A DNA stretch of 64,000 nucleotides from an uncultured Gemmatimonadales bacterium (GTDB lineage: Bacteria > Gemmatimonadota > Gemmatimonadetes > Gemmatimonadales > GWC2-71-9): contig CAVQWA010000019.1 in NCBI GenBank assembly GCA_963717315.1, positions 131 through 64,130 on the forward strand, written 5' to 3'. A program made the translations under genes and the position numbers. The notes beneath the pieces are model-generated. The model saw only the letters and a list, made by a program, of their open reading frames with translations, made no database searches and was not told the DNA's origin. Below are positions 50,890 through 59,216 of this stretch, one piece after another. Within the stretch, counting starts at the first letter, position 1. Each line of letters begins with the position of its first letter.

Positions 50890-53070
50890 TTGACCAGACT
50901 CCGATTCTTCCTGGCGGCGGCCGCGCTCTCGAGCCCGGCCGCGGCCCAGTCTTCCCCCGATTCCGCCACCACGGCGGCCGGTGCGCACTACTCGACCCGG
51001 GGCCCGCTCGGTTTCCTCGCCGGCGGCCTCTTCGGGGCGCACCATCGGGACCTCTGGGCGGCGCCGATCCGGGCCGAGCAGCTCGAGCTCGGCGGGCGCG
51101 GATTCCGCGTGGTTGGCGTGGCGAGCCAGGCGCTGCTCGAACCGGCGCTCGCCCTCGAGGATGCCTCGGGCGCGCGCTGGCGCTTCGCCCCGCTCGACCC
51201 CCGCTTCGCCAGCGGCATCGCCCCGCTCGCGGACCACCCCGCCGTCGCCCTGGTGCTGCAGGACCTGATCAGCGCCCGCCACCCGGGAGCCCCGCTGGTC
51301 GCGGCCGCCCTCGCCTGCCAGGCGGGAGTGGCGCATCCCGAACCGACCCTCCGTTTCCTCCCGGACACCTCGAACCTCGGCTCGGCCCGCGAGCGGTTCG
51401 GCAGCCAGCTGGGGTGGCTCACGCCGGCCCGGGCGGCGCCCGACAGTGCACGCCGCAGCGCGCAGGAGATCCTCGACTTGCTCGAGGCGGGAGCCCCGTT
51501 GCGGATCGACTCGCTGAGCTACCTGCGGAGCCGGCTCTTCGACGTCCTGGTGGGTGACGCCGATCCGGCACCGGAGCGGGGGCCGTGGGAGTTGGGTGAG
51601 GACGGCCGCTGGCGTCCCGCGCCCCGGCTTCGCTGGGACGCGTTCTCGAGATTCGGCGGCCTGTTCTTCCTGGCGATCCGCCCGGTGATGCCGGAGGCGG
51701 CCACCTTCAAGCCCGAGTATCCGCGGCGTCTGGGCCAGAACCGGGCGCAGTTCATTCTCGACGCGCGACTGGCCGGGCCGCTGCCGGAATCCACCTGGGA
51801 CTCGGTGGCGGCGGCGCTCGCCGAACGGCTGGACGACGCCACCATCGCCGAAGCGGTGGCCACGCTCCCGGCAGCGTGGAGTCCGGACCGCGGCGCCGCC
51901 CTGGCCGCCGCGCTCCGGCAGCGCCGTGACCACCTGGGCGAGGCGGCCCGGACGCTCCGCACCCGGCTCCACGAGGATCCCCCGAAGGGGGATGACCTGC
52001 GCGCCGCCTCGATCCGGCAGGCTCTCGGGCAGGGGCGGCCGCAGCCGCTCAGCGGAACGGCGATCTCGCCCTGGCCCGACATCCGGGCCCACTCGGACAT
52101 CGGCCTCCTCCTCGCCGTCGGTTCGGCCTGGACGACGTGGGCTCCCGGCTACGCCCCCTGGAAGCGGCGGCTCCGCGCCCGTCTCGGTTATGCCACGGGG
52201 GCGCAGGCATTCCGCTTCGAGGCCCAGGGCGATTTCCACTGGGCCAACTCGCCGGCGTGGCTCCGGCTCGAGGGCAAGGCCTCGGGGATCGAGGTCCTGC
52301 GCTGGTATGGCTACGGCAACGAGACCCCGAAGGATTCCGCCGACACCGAGTTCTACCGGGCGCACCAGACCCACTACGTCGCGGGCGCCTGGCTCGGCAC
52401 GCAGCTTGGGGCGCGGGGCGAGTTGGCCGCCGGGCCGGTGATCCAGCACGTGTCCACCCGCGACGGCGACAACCTCGTCAATGAACGCCGCCCGTACGGG
52501 AGCGAGGACTTCTCGGCGGCCGGTGCCCGGGCCGCGTTCCGCTGGGATTCGCGGGACGCGCCGGTGGCGGCCCGGCGCGGGGTGCTGCTCGACCTCGGCG
52601 GGCACTGGTATGCCGATTGGCTCGACGCCACGCACGCCTTCGGCGAGGCCCACCTCAGGGCGTCCACCTACCTCAGTCCGACCCCCTGGTTCACCTTCGC
52701 CCCCCGGCTCGGGGCGGTGCGGTCCTGGGGCCGCTACCCGCTGCACGCGGCAGCCTTCCTCGGGGGGCCCAACGCCATGCGGGGCCTCGACCCCAACCGG
52801 TACGCCGGCGACGCCGCCGCCTGGCTCAACACCGACTGGCGGGTCCGCACCGGGAAGGTGCCGTTCCTGGTGGACTGGGATTTCGGGGTACTCGGAATCG
52901 CCGACGCCGGGAGGGTCTGGTTCGAGGACGAGCCGTCGGGCCGCTGGCACACGGGCGTGGGCGGAGGGCTCTGGATGCTCCTCCCGGACCGGAGCCTGGC
53001 CCTCGTGCTCACGGCGGTGCGCAGCGAGGGCCGGCTTGGCCTCGCCGCGATGTTCGAGTTCGACTACTAG
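50890..53070 (+). CDS. Omp85/BamA-superfamily (bacterial surface antigen) outer-membrane beta-barrel protein
   Basis: 726 aa with TTG start, 10 nt after the previous stop. Signal peptide FFLAAAALSSPAAAQ. C-terminus FLGGPNAMRGL...GIADAGRVW...GVGGGLWMLL...GLAAMFEFDY is typical of PF01103-type barrels. Confidence 0.75.
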   Translation: MTRLRFFLAAAALSSPAAAQSSPDSATTAAGAHYSTRGPLGFLAGGLFGAHHRDLWAAPIRAEQLELGGRGFRVVGVASQALLEPALALEDASGARWRFAPLDPRFASGIAPLADHPAVALVLQDLISARHPGAPLVAAALACQAGVAHPEPTLRFLPDTSNLGSARERFGSQLGWLTPARAAPDSARRSAQEILDLLEAGAPLRIDSLSYLRSRLFDVLVGDADPAPERGPWELGEDGRWRPAPRLRWDAFSRFGGLFFLAIRPVMPEAATFKPEYPRRLGQNRAQFILDARLAGPLPESTWDSVAAALAERLDDATIAEAVATLPAAWSPDRGAALAAALRQRRDHLGEAARTLRTRLHEDPPKGDDLRAASIRQALGQGRPQPLSGTAISPWPDIRAHSDIGLLLAVGSAWTTWAPGYAPWKRRLRARLGYATGAQAFRFEAQGDFHWANSPAWLRLEGKASGIEVLRWYGYGNETPKDSADTEFYRAHQTHYVAGAWLGTQLGARGELAAGPVIQHVSTRDGDNLVNERRPYGSEDFSAAGARAAFRWDSRDAPVAARRGVLLDLGGHWYADWLDATHAFGEAHLRASTYLSPTPWFTFAPRLGAVRSWGRYPLHAAAFLGGPNAMRGLDPNRYAGDAAAWLNTDWRVRTGKVPFLVDWDFGVLGIADAGRVWFEDEPSGRWHTGVGGGLWMLLPDRSLALVLTAVRSEGRLGLAAMFEFDY

Positions 53071-53539
53071 TCGGTTCGACGCGCGGGTGCGCGCCCCGGG
53101 GCGGGTATCCGGTCAGCCGGGGTCGCAGGCGGCCCGGGGGGGGCCTAGGCCTGGACCACCTGCGCCAGGAAGAGGAGGACGGCGACGACCAGGAAGTAAC
53201 GGCGCATGGACCGTGGGACACAGGAAGTGAGTCGGGGGACGTCGGTCGGGGACCATTGATGGCAGGAGGCGTGCCGCGGCAGGGGGCGCAGCCGAGGGAC
53301 GGGAAACCGCGGCCGAGTGCGTCGCCGCTGTCGCCCGCAATCGCACGCCGGACAAGGCGGAGCGCCCGACTGGCGCCCTGGCGCAGGCGCCTCCCTGCAC
53401 TGGCGACATCCGCTCCCGCGCGCGCGCGCCAGTCGCGGCGCGCTCCGCGCACCGCGAAGTGCGAGTCGCCGCGCCCCTGCGGGCACTGTCGGGCCAGTGT
53501 GGATGGACGGCGCGCCCGGGACCGGTATCTTCCCCCACC

Positions 53540-56500
53540 GTGAAGCTCCGATTCCCCGCCGGCATCGTGCTCGCGCTTGGGGCCGCCGGCCCCGCCATCC
53601 TCCGCGCCCAGGCCCCGGACTCGGCGTTCACCCCACCGGCGGCGAGCACCTGGTCCCCCATCAGGTCGATGGGGCAGCCGCCCCGCTGGAAACCGTGGTA
53701 CGCCGTGAGCCTGGGACAGGGCCGGGAAGCCGACGGGGACGTCACCAGCTTCTCGGGCAGCCTCGGGGTCTATCGCGACCTCGCCGCGCCGCTCTCCGGC
53801 CTGCTCGGCTGGCAGGCCGAGGCGTACGGCGGGGTGGCCGGAAGCCGCCTCGATGGCGGTGGGCGATTCCTCCTCCGTTCCCCCCTGTACTTCCTGGGCG
53901 GCGGGTTGGACTACAACCTGCGCCGGGAGCGCCTGCGCGGAATCATCTCCCTCCAGGTTCCGCCGGTCCGGGGAGGCCTCCTCGGGCGTGGTGGCGACCT
54001 GCGGCTCGACTGGCTCACGGGCGACGGGAACGTCCTCCAACTCGGCATTCAGCTACCCCTCGCCCAGCCCTGGCTGGGCCGGACCCGTCCAGAGCGGGTC
54101 GAGGCGGAGCTCCCGCGACCGGTGCGCGGCGAGCCCATCGAGCCTCCGGAGCCCGGCTCCCCCACCGGGCTGGAGTGGGAGGCGATGCGGTCCTCCGCCC
54201 GCTGGGTGAGCCGGTTCTCCTCCCTCCTCTGGGACCTGCCCGCGCGCGGGGCGACCGGCGGCGGCGTGGTGCCGGCCACGGAGGCCGGGGTCGCCACCCT
54301 CCGGGCCGATCTCGGGGCGCGCGACCCGCAGCTTCCGGGGGACGCGCCCTACCGGCGCGAGCTGCTGCGCTACCACGCCGCGCTCGAGCGCGCGTTCGGG
54401 CTCGCCTCGGGCGCGGCGGACTCGGTGGCGCAGTCCGCCGGCGCCCCGCTCGCGGCGATGGCCCGGCGGATCGCCCTCGAGGAGGTGCTCCTCCCGTACA
54501 ACCGCACGGTGGGCCAGATCAGGAAGCCGGATACGCTCGCGGGGCTCATCGCCCGGGCGCGCGCCCGGTTCATCGGCTGGCTCGCGCCCCGGCAGGACGC
54601 CGCACACGCCCCCGGCCAGTTGCGCGTCCTTGACGCCTGGCTCGCCGAGCTCGAGGCACTCCGGGCCGACCTGGCCGGCCGCACCGGAGACAGCCGCCTC
54701 AACTGGCTCCCGATGGCCCTGGTGCTGCGCCCCGAGGAGCACCGGACCCAGGCCCAGGTGGACGCGCTGCTGGCCCGCGCGCTCGCGCGGCCGTTCGCCG
54801 GCGGCAACGCCCTGCTCTACGTCGGCGCGCAACAGTTCCAGGTGGAGCTCAATCGCACCATCCACGAGGCGGAGCGCTACCACATACTCTGGATCGACGA
54901 CTACCGCGGCGTGGACGAGGCGGGCCAGCCGGATCGCATCGGGTTCTACCAGACCGTGCTCGGCTACCTCGCGGCGCTGACGCGCCGGGTGCGCGAGTAC
55001 GACCGGACCGGGACGGTGCCGGTCTACGTGCTGATGCTGGACCAGAACCAGTACGACCGGCAGGGGAGCCGGCGCTGGCTCGACCTGCTGGAACGGCCGC
55101 TCGACCACCGGGTCGCGCTGCCGTCGACCCACGCGGCGATGGCCGAGGTCATCGCGGCCTGGCAGGACTCGCTCCGCCAGGCGGTGGCGGGCTCGCGGCG
55201 GCTCGTCGCCGATTCGGTCGCGTTCGGCGGCGACCGGGTGCGGCAGCTGGTCAGGATCCACGTCAACGTGACCAACCCGTCCGACCTCTCCTTCCGGACC
55301 GGGCGGATCCCGGGGCTGCCCCTCGGCCTCGACAACGTGATGCGGGACCACCGGAAGATCGTGATCCGGGACGTCTCCCCGGCCGAGCCCGCGGTTGGCG
55401 AGGTGATCCTCGCGGGGGTCGGGGTCGGCGACGTCTATACCGCGCCCACCCGGGAGGACCGGGCACTCGTCCTCACCGGACCGGCCGCCGCCGACGCCGT
55501 ACAGGCCGTCCGCGACGTGATGCGGCGCAACGGTTTCCGGGAATCGGACCTCCCCCCGCCGCTCCGGGAAGGTGCCCGGCCGGCGGACTACGCGGCACAG
55601 GTGGCGATGCTCGAGGCGACGGGCGCGACGGCCCGGGTCGTCCTGGCCCAGAACCGGACCGGCTGGGGTGGGAAGGACGCCACGTTCCTGCAGTTGCTGC
55701 TCTGGGACCTGGTGCCGCCGGGCACCGTGATCCATGTCCCCGGCTCGCGCTGGACCAACCCGCTCTGGTCCGCCCAGCTGCTCTCGGCGGCGCTCCGCGG
55801 ATGCGAGGTGTACCTGGTCGCGCCGTCACGCGCCAACGCGCCGCGGGACGGGCTCGAGTCGGTCGCCGCCACCCGCGAGCTCTTCACCCGGCTGTTCCTG
55901 GTGCAGCGGGACCTGGCCGACGTGATCCACGGGGACGGCGGGGACCTGCGCGTGGGGCTCTATACCCGCGAGGCGCCCATCGGGATGCCGGAAGCGAAGC
56001 TGCAGGAGGTGGACACGACCTACGGGAAGTACGCCTTCCTGCGGTCGCAGTATCCCTTCCCGGAGACGACGTGGCGGATGCTGCGGGACCATCGCGCCCG
56101 GATGGATTCCCTCCAGGCGGGGCGGGAGGCGGTGCCGGCCGACTCCGTCGGACAGCGCCCCCAGCTGCACCAGACGGTCCAGTTCATCGCCAGCCGGGCA
56201 CTGCTGGAGGAACTGGCGCTGCAGCCGGAGACCCACCGGGCGCTGGACCTCACCCTGCGACAGTGGAGCGAGGGAGTGACGGTGACCCCGGAGCCGGGAG
56301 TGATCCCGGCACAGCGCCGCCTGGAGGTGGTTCGAACCCTGATGGAGGGCCACGACCAGCTCCCCGCGCCGGTGCGGGACCACTCGGTGCTCTACCTGGC
56401 GATGGGATCGCTCGACCGGGACACCCGGGGGCTGGCGCTCGACGGCGAGGCGCTCGCGCTCGTCTCGGGGCGGTGGGCCCTCAGCGCCTACCTCGACTTC

Positions 56501-56569
56501 TGGTCGCTCTTCGGCTCCACGACGTGGATCGAGCGGTTGGAGCAGATCGACGACCTCCTCCCGCCGTAG
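53540..56569 (+). CDS. Large secreted protein with phospholipase-D-like HxK(x)4D motif
   Basis: Track ORF 53459..56569 with GTG 53540 preferred (VKLRFPAGIVLALGAAGPAILRAQ signal peptide). One HKD motif, DHRKIVIRD. A second, degenerate site is QLHQTVQFIAS. Otherwise no family recognised. Confidence 0.6.
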   Translation: MKLRFPAGIVLALGAAGPAILRAQAPDSAFTPPAASTWSPIRSMGQPPRWKPWYAVSLGQGREADGDVTSFSGSLGVYRDLAAPLSGLLGWQAEAYGGVAGSRLDGGGRFLLRSPLYFLGGGLDYNLRRERLRGIISLQVPPVRGGLLGRGGDLRLDWLTGDGNVLQLGIQLPLAQPWLGRTRPERVEAELPRPVRGEPIEPPEPGSPTGLEWEAMRSSARWVSRFSSLLWDLPARGATGGGVVPATEAGVATLRADLGARDPQLPGDAPYRRELLRYHAALERAFGLASGAADSVAQSAGAPLAAMARRIALEEVLLPYNRTVGQIRKPDTLAGLIARARARFIGWLAPRQDAAHAPGQLRVLDAWLAELEALRADLAGRTGDSRLNWLPMALVLRPEEHRTQAQVDALLARALARPFAGGNALLYVGAQQFQVELNRTIHEAERYHILWIDDYRGVDEAGQPDRIGFYQTVLGYLAALTRRVREYDRTGTVPVYVLMLDQNQYDRQGSRRWLDLLERPLDHRVALPSTHAAMAEVIAAWQDSLRQAVAGSRRLVADSVAFGGDRVRQLVRIHVNVTNPSDLSFRTGRIPGLPLGLDNVMRDHRKIVIRDVSPAEPAVGEVILAGVGVGDVYTAPTREDRALVLTGPAAADAVQAVRDVMRRNGFRESDLPPPLREGARPADYAAQVAMLEATGATARVVLAQNRTGWGGKDATFLQLLLWDLVPPGTVIHVPGSRWTNPLWSAQLLSAALRGCEVYLVAPSRANAPRDGLESVAATRELFTRLFLVQRDLADVIHGDGGDLRVGLYTREAPIGMPEAKLQEVDTTYGKYAFLRSQYPFPETTWRMLRDHRARMDSLQAGREAVPADSVGQRPQLHQTVQFIASRALLEELALQPETHRALDLTLRQWSEGVTVTPEPGVIPAQRRLEVVRTLMEGHDQLPAPVRDHSVLYLAMGSLDRDTRGLALDGEALALVSGRWALSAYLDFWSLFGSTTWIERLEQIDDLLPP

Positions 56570-56584
56570 GGCCGCTGCCGGCGG

Positions 56585-56863
56585 TCAGCCTGAGCCGAGG
56601 CTGAAGCCCGCCTCGACCTCCTTGCGGCCATAGGACCGGAACGCGATCAGCGTCTCGCTCGCCTCGATGCCATGCAGCTTCACCAGCCGCTCGGTGACCA
56701 GTTCGGCGAGGTCCTCGTTCTTGCCCACCCGCGCCACCGCCACCACGTCGTAGGTCCCCGCCACGGAGAAGACCTCGCTGATCTCCCGGAATTCGGCGAG
56801 CCGTTCGGCGAGGGCCTTGATGTGCGAACGCTCGACCTTGAGCAGGATGACGGCGCTGACCAC
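56585..56863 (-). CDS. Stand-alone Lrp/AsnC ligand-binding (RAM) domain protein
   Basis: C-terminal 92 aa of track ORF 56585..57256. GTG 56861-56863 has GGAGG 6 nt upstream. [46 protein letters not shown]. Confidence 0.78.
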   Translation of the reverse strand: MVSAVILLKVERSHIKALAERLAEFREISEVFSVAGTYDVVAVARVGKNEDLAELVTERLVKLHGIEASETLIAFRSYGRKEVEAGFSLGSG

Positions 56864-59216
56864 GGGGCACCTCCGGCACGGGTGGGGGAGAAGCTGTCGG
56901 ACGGGCGCAGGAGGGGCAAGGGGAGCGGGGAGCGGGGCCGAGCCGCCGGGCCGCCGGGCCGCCGGACCGCCCGGGTTACATTGCGAAAGCCCGTCCCCGC
57001 CGGAGGCCCCCATCCCCACCCCGCTCGCCCTGGTCAGCAACCGCCTCCCGTTCGCCGCGGAGCGCCGCGCGGGGCGCCTCACGCTCACGCCCGCCCCCGG
57101 CGGGCTGGTGACGGCGCTGCGCGGCGCGCTCGCCGCACGGGGAGGCCGGTGGATCGGGTGGCCGGGAATCTCGTCGGAGGACCTGGCGCGCGCGGGTGGG
57201 CTGCCGCTGCCGGAGGACCCGCGCGTCGAGTACGCGGATGTGCCGCTCTCGGCCACCGAGGTGAGCGAGTACTACGGGCAGTTCGCCAACCGTACCCTGT
57301 GGCCCCTCTTCCACTACTTCGTGGAGCACGCGCGGGTGGACCGCGCCGCGTGGCCCGCGTACGAACGGGTCAACGAGCGGTTCGCCGAGGTCGCGGCGGC
57401 GGAGGCCCCCGCGGACGCCACGATCTGGATCCACGACTACCACCTGATGCGCGCCCCGGTGCACCTGCGCGCCCGGCGGCCCGACGCACCGATCGCGTTC
57501 TTCCTCCACATCCCCTTCCCCGCCGCGGACGTCTTCCGGATCCTGCCCTGGAGCCGGGCGCTCCTCCGGGGGATGCTCGGCGCCGACTACGTCGGCTTCC
57601 ACACCGCCTCCTACGCGACCCACTTCCTGGACAGCGTGGAGCGGCTGCTGGGCGGCGAGGTGGACCGGTCGCGCGGCACGGTGCAGGTCGAGGGACGGGA
57701 GGTCGCCACCGGCGTCCATCCGGTCGGCATCCCCGTGGCGGCCACCGAGGCGCGCGCCCGCGCCGCGCTCGCCCGCCCGGCGCCGCGCCGGGCCGAGGGC
57801 GTTCGCGAGATCCTCGGCGTGGACCGGCTGGACTACACCAAGGGCATCGGGGAGCGGCTGCTGGCGATCGAGCGACTGCTCGAGCGGCACCCGGAATACC
57901 GGGGGAAGATCGTATTCACCCAGGTGGCGGTGCCCAGCCGGGAGCGGGTGGCGGAGTATGGCCGGCTGAAGCGGGATGTGGACGAGATGGTGGGCCGGAT
58001 CAACGGCCGCTTCTCCGAGGAGGGCTGGAGTCCGGTGCGCTACCTCGCCCGCTCGCTCGACCAGGCCATGCTCGCCGGGCTCTACGCCCGCGCCGAGGTG
58101 GCCCTCGTCACGCCACTCCGCGACGGGATGAACCTGGTGGCCAAGGAGTACGTCGCGAGCCAGGTGGGGGCCGAGCCCGGGGTGCTGGTGCTGTCCGAGC
58201 TGGCCGGGGCGGCGGAGGCCCTGCAGGAGGCGGTGATGGTGAATCCGTTCGACATCGACGGCGTGGCCGAGGCGACCCACGCGGCGCTCGCGATGCCTGC
58301 CGTGGAGCGCCGCGCGAGGATGGCGGCGCTGCGCGACCGGGTGCGCGAGCTCGATGTCGCCGCGTGGGCCGACGGCTTCCTCGCCGCCGCGGAAGCCGCG
58401 GCGGGCGAAGAGGGCGCCGGTCCCGGGCCCGCGGACATGGTCGCCCGGCGGCTCGCGCCCTGGCTCGGGGGCCGCCCGCGCACCGCGCTCTTCCTCGACT
58501 ATGACGGCACGCTGACGGGCATCGTGGAGCGGCCGGAGGCGGCGCGGCTCGACCCGCCCGCGCTCGATGCCCTGCAGCGGGCGGCGTCGGGCCAGCACCT
58601 CGACGTGGCGGTCGTGAGCGGGCGCTCGCTCGAGGACCTGCGGGCGCGCGTGCCGGTGCCGGGAGTCACGCTCGTGGGGAACCACGGGTTCGAGATGGAG
58701 GGGCCGGGGCTCCACTGGCGGCATCCCGACGTGGGCGCCGCCCGCGAGGCGCTGGAGGAGGCGAATCGCCGGCTCGACGCGCTGGGGGAGCCCGGGGCGT
58801 GGGTGGAGGACAAGGGCCTCACGCTGAGCTGGCACCTCCGCCCGCTCCCGCCGCGGGCGCGGAGCAGGGCGGAGCGGCGCGGCGCGGCCATCCTCGAGCG
58901 GCTCGGGCTGCGCGCCGTCCCGGGGAAGGCCGTACTCGAGGCCCGGCCCCCACTCGAGTGGCACAAGGGACTCGCCGTGCTCCAACTCCTCCGGGCGCGC
59001 TACGGCGAGGAGTGGACCGGCCGGGTGCGTGCCCTCTACGTCGGTGACGACCGCACCGACGAGGATGCCTTCCGGTCCCTCGCCGGCCTCGGCCGCTCCA
59101 TCCGCGTGGGTGACGGCCAGGCCACCGCCGCCACCGACCGACTCCCCGACCCGGAGGCGGTGACCGCGCTGCTGCGCTGGCTGGCGGCCGGGCCGTGGCT
59201 GGGACCGCCGGCATGA
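56847..59216 (+). CDS. otsA: Bifunctional trehalose-6-phosphate synthase / trehalose-6-phosphate phosphatase (OtsA-OtsB fusion; start uncertain)
   Basis: Track ORF 56817..59216. GT20 region [10 protein letters not shown]...LWPLFHY...IWIHDYHLM...DRLDYTKGI...NLVAKEY. HAD region LFLDYDGTL...[12 protein letters not shown]. There is no ATG/GTG/TTG in frame between 56847 and the conserved VSNRLP at 57033. Confidence 0.85.
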   Translation: MTALTTGHLRHGWGRSCRTGAGGARGAGSGAEPPGRRAAGPPGLHCESPSPPEAPIPTPLALVSNRLPFAAERRAGRLTLTPAPGGLVTALRGALAARGGRWIGWPGISSEDLARAGGLPLPEDPRVEYADVPLSATEVSEYYGQFANRTLWPLFHYFVEHARVDRAAWPAYERVNERFAEVAAAEAPADATIWIHDYHLMRAPVHLRARRPDAPIAFFLHIPFPAADVFRILPWSRALLRGMLGADYVGFHTASYATHFLDSVERLLGGEVDRSRGTVQVEGREVATGVHPVGIPVAATEARARAALARPAPRRAEGVREILGVDRLDYTKGIGERLLAIERLLERHPEYRGKIVFTQVAVPSRERVAEYGRLKRDVDEMVGRINGRFSEEGWSPVRYLARSLDQAMLAGLYARAEVALVTPLRDGMNLVAKEYVASQVGAEPGVLVLSELAGAAEALQEAVMVNPFDIDGVAEATHAALAMPAVERRARMAALRDRVRELDVAAWADGFLAAAEAAAGEEGAGPGPADMVARRLAPWLGGRPRTALFLDYDGTLTGIVERPEAARLDPPALDALQRAASGQHLDVAVVSGRSLEDLRARVPVPGVTLVGNHGFEMEGPGLHWRHPDVGAAREALEEANRRLDALGEPGAWVEDKGLTLSWHLRPLPPRARSRAERRGAAILERLGLRAVPGKAVLEARPPLEWHKGLAVLQLLRARYGEEWTGRVRALYVGDDRTDEDAFRSLAGLGRSIRVGDGQATAATDRLPDPEAVTALLRWLAAGPWLGPPA
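56913..56974 (+). repeat. GGGG-N3 heptamer G-quadruplex motif followed by CCGCCGGG octamer array
   Basis: GGGGCAAGGGGAGCGGGGAGCGGGG (56913-56937), then CCGCCGGG CCGCCGGG CCGCCGGA CCGCCCGG (56943-56974). Confidence 0.88.

Noticed and set aside
49312-52950. Very long alternative-frame or antisense ORFs. Examples: 49312..52950 minus (1212 aa), 28065..31796 plus (1243 aa), 12968..15607 plus, 22514..25228 plus, 34635..37061 plus, 1994..4570 plus, 516..2600 plus.
   Set aside because: They are Arg/Gly/Pro/His/Asp-rich and show no recognisable family motifs. Each lies opposite or out of frame to an ORF with clear homology-type signatures. Long stop-free alternative frames are expected at this GC content.
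53290-53420. Faint resemblance to cobalamin riboswitch (GGGAAACCGCGG ... GCTGTCGCCCGCAATCG ... CCCGACTGG) and ZTP riboswitch (CGACTGGCG) core motifs upstream of the PLD-like gene.
   Set aside because: Only short partial matches. The B12 box and the pairing elements do not line up. The downstream gene is not a typical target for either class. This needs an Rfam covariance scan, and I do not claim it.
55330-56200. Second HKD motif of the PLD-like protein (QLHQTVQFIAS).
   Set aside because: The Lys and the downstream Asp/GSxN are not present, so I call only one intact HxK(x)4D motif. The protein may not be a two-lobed active PLD.
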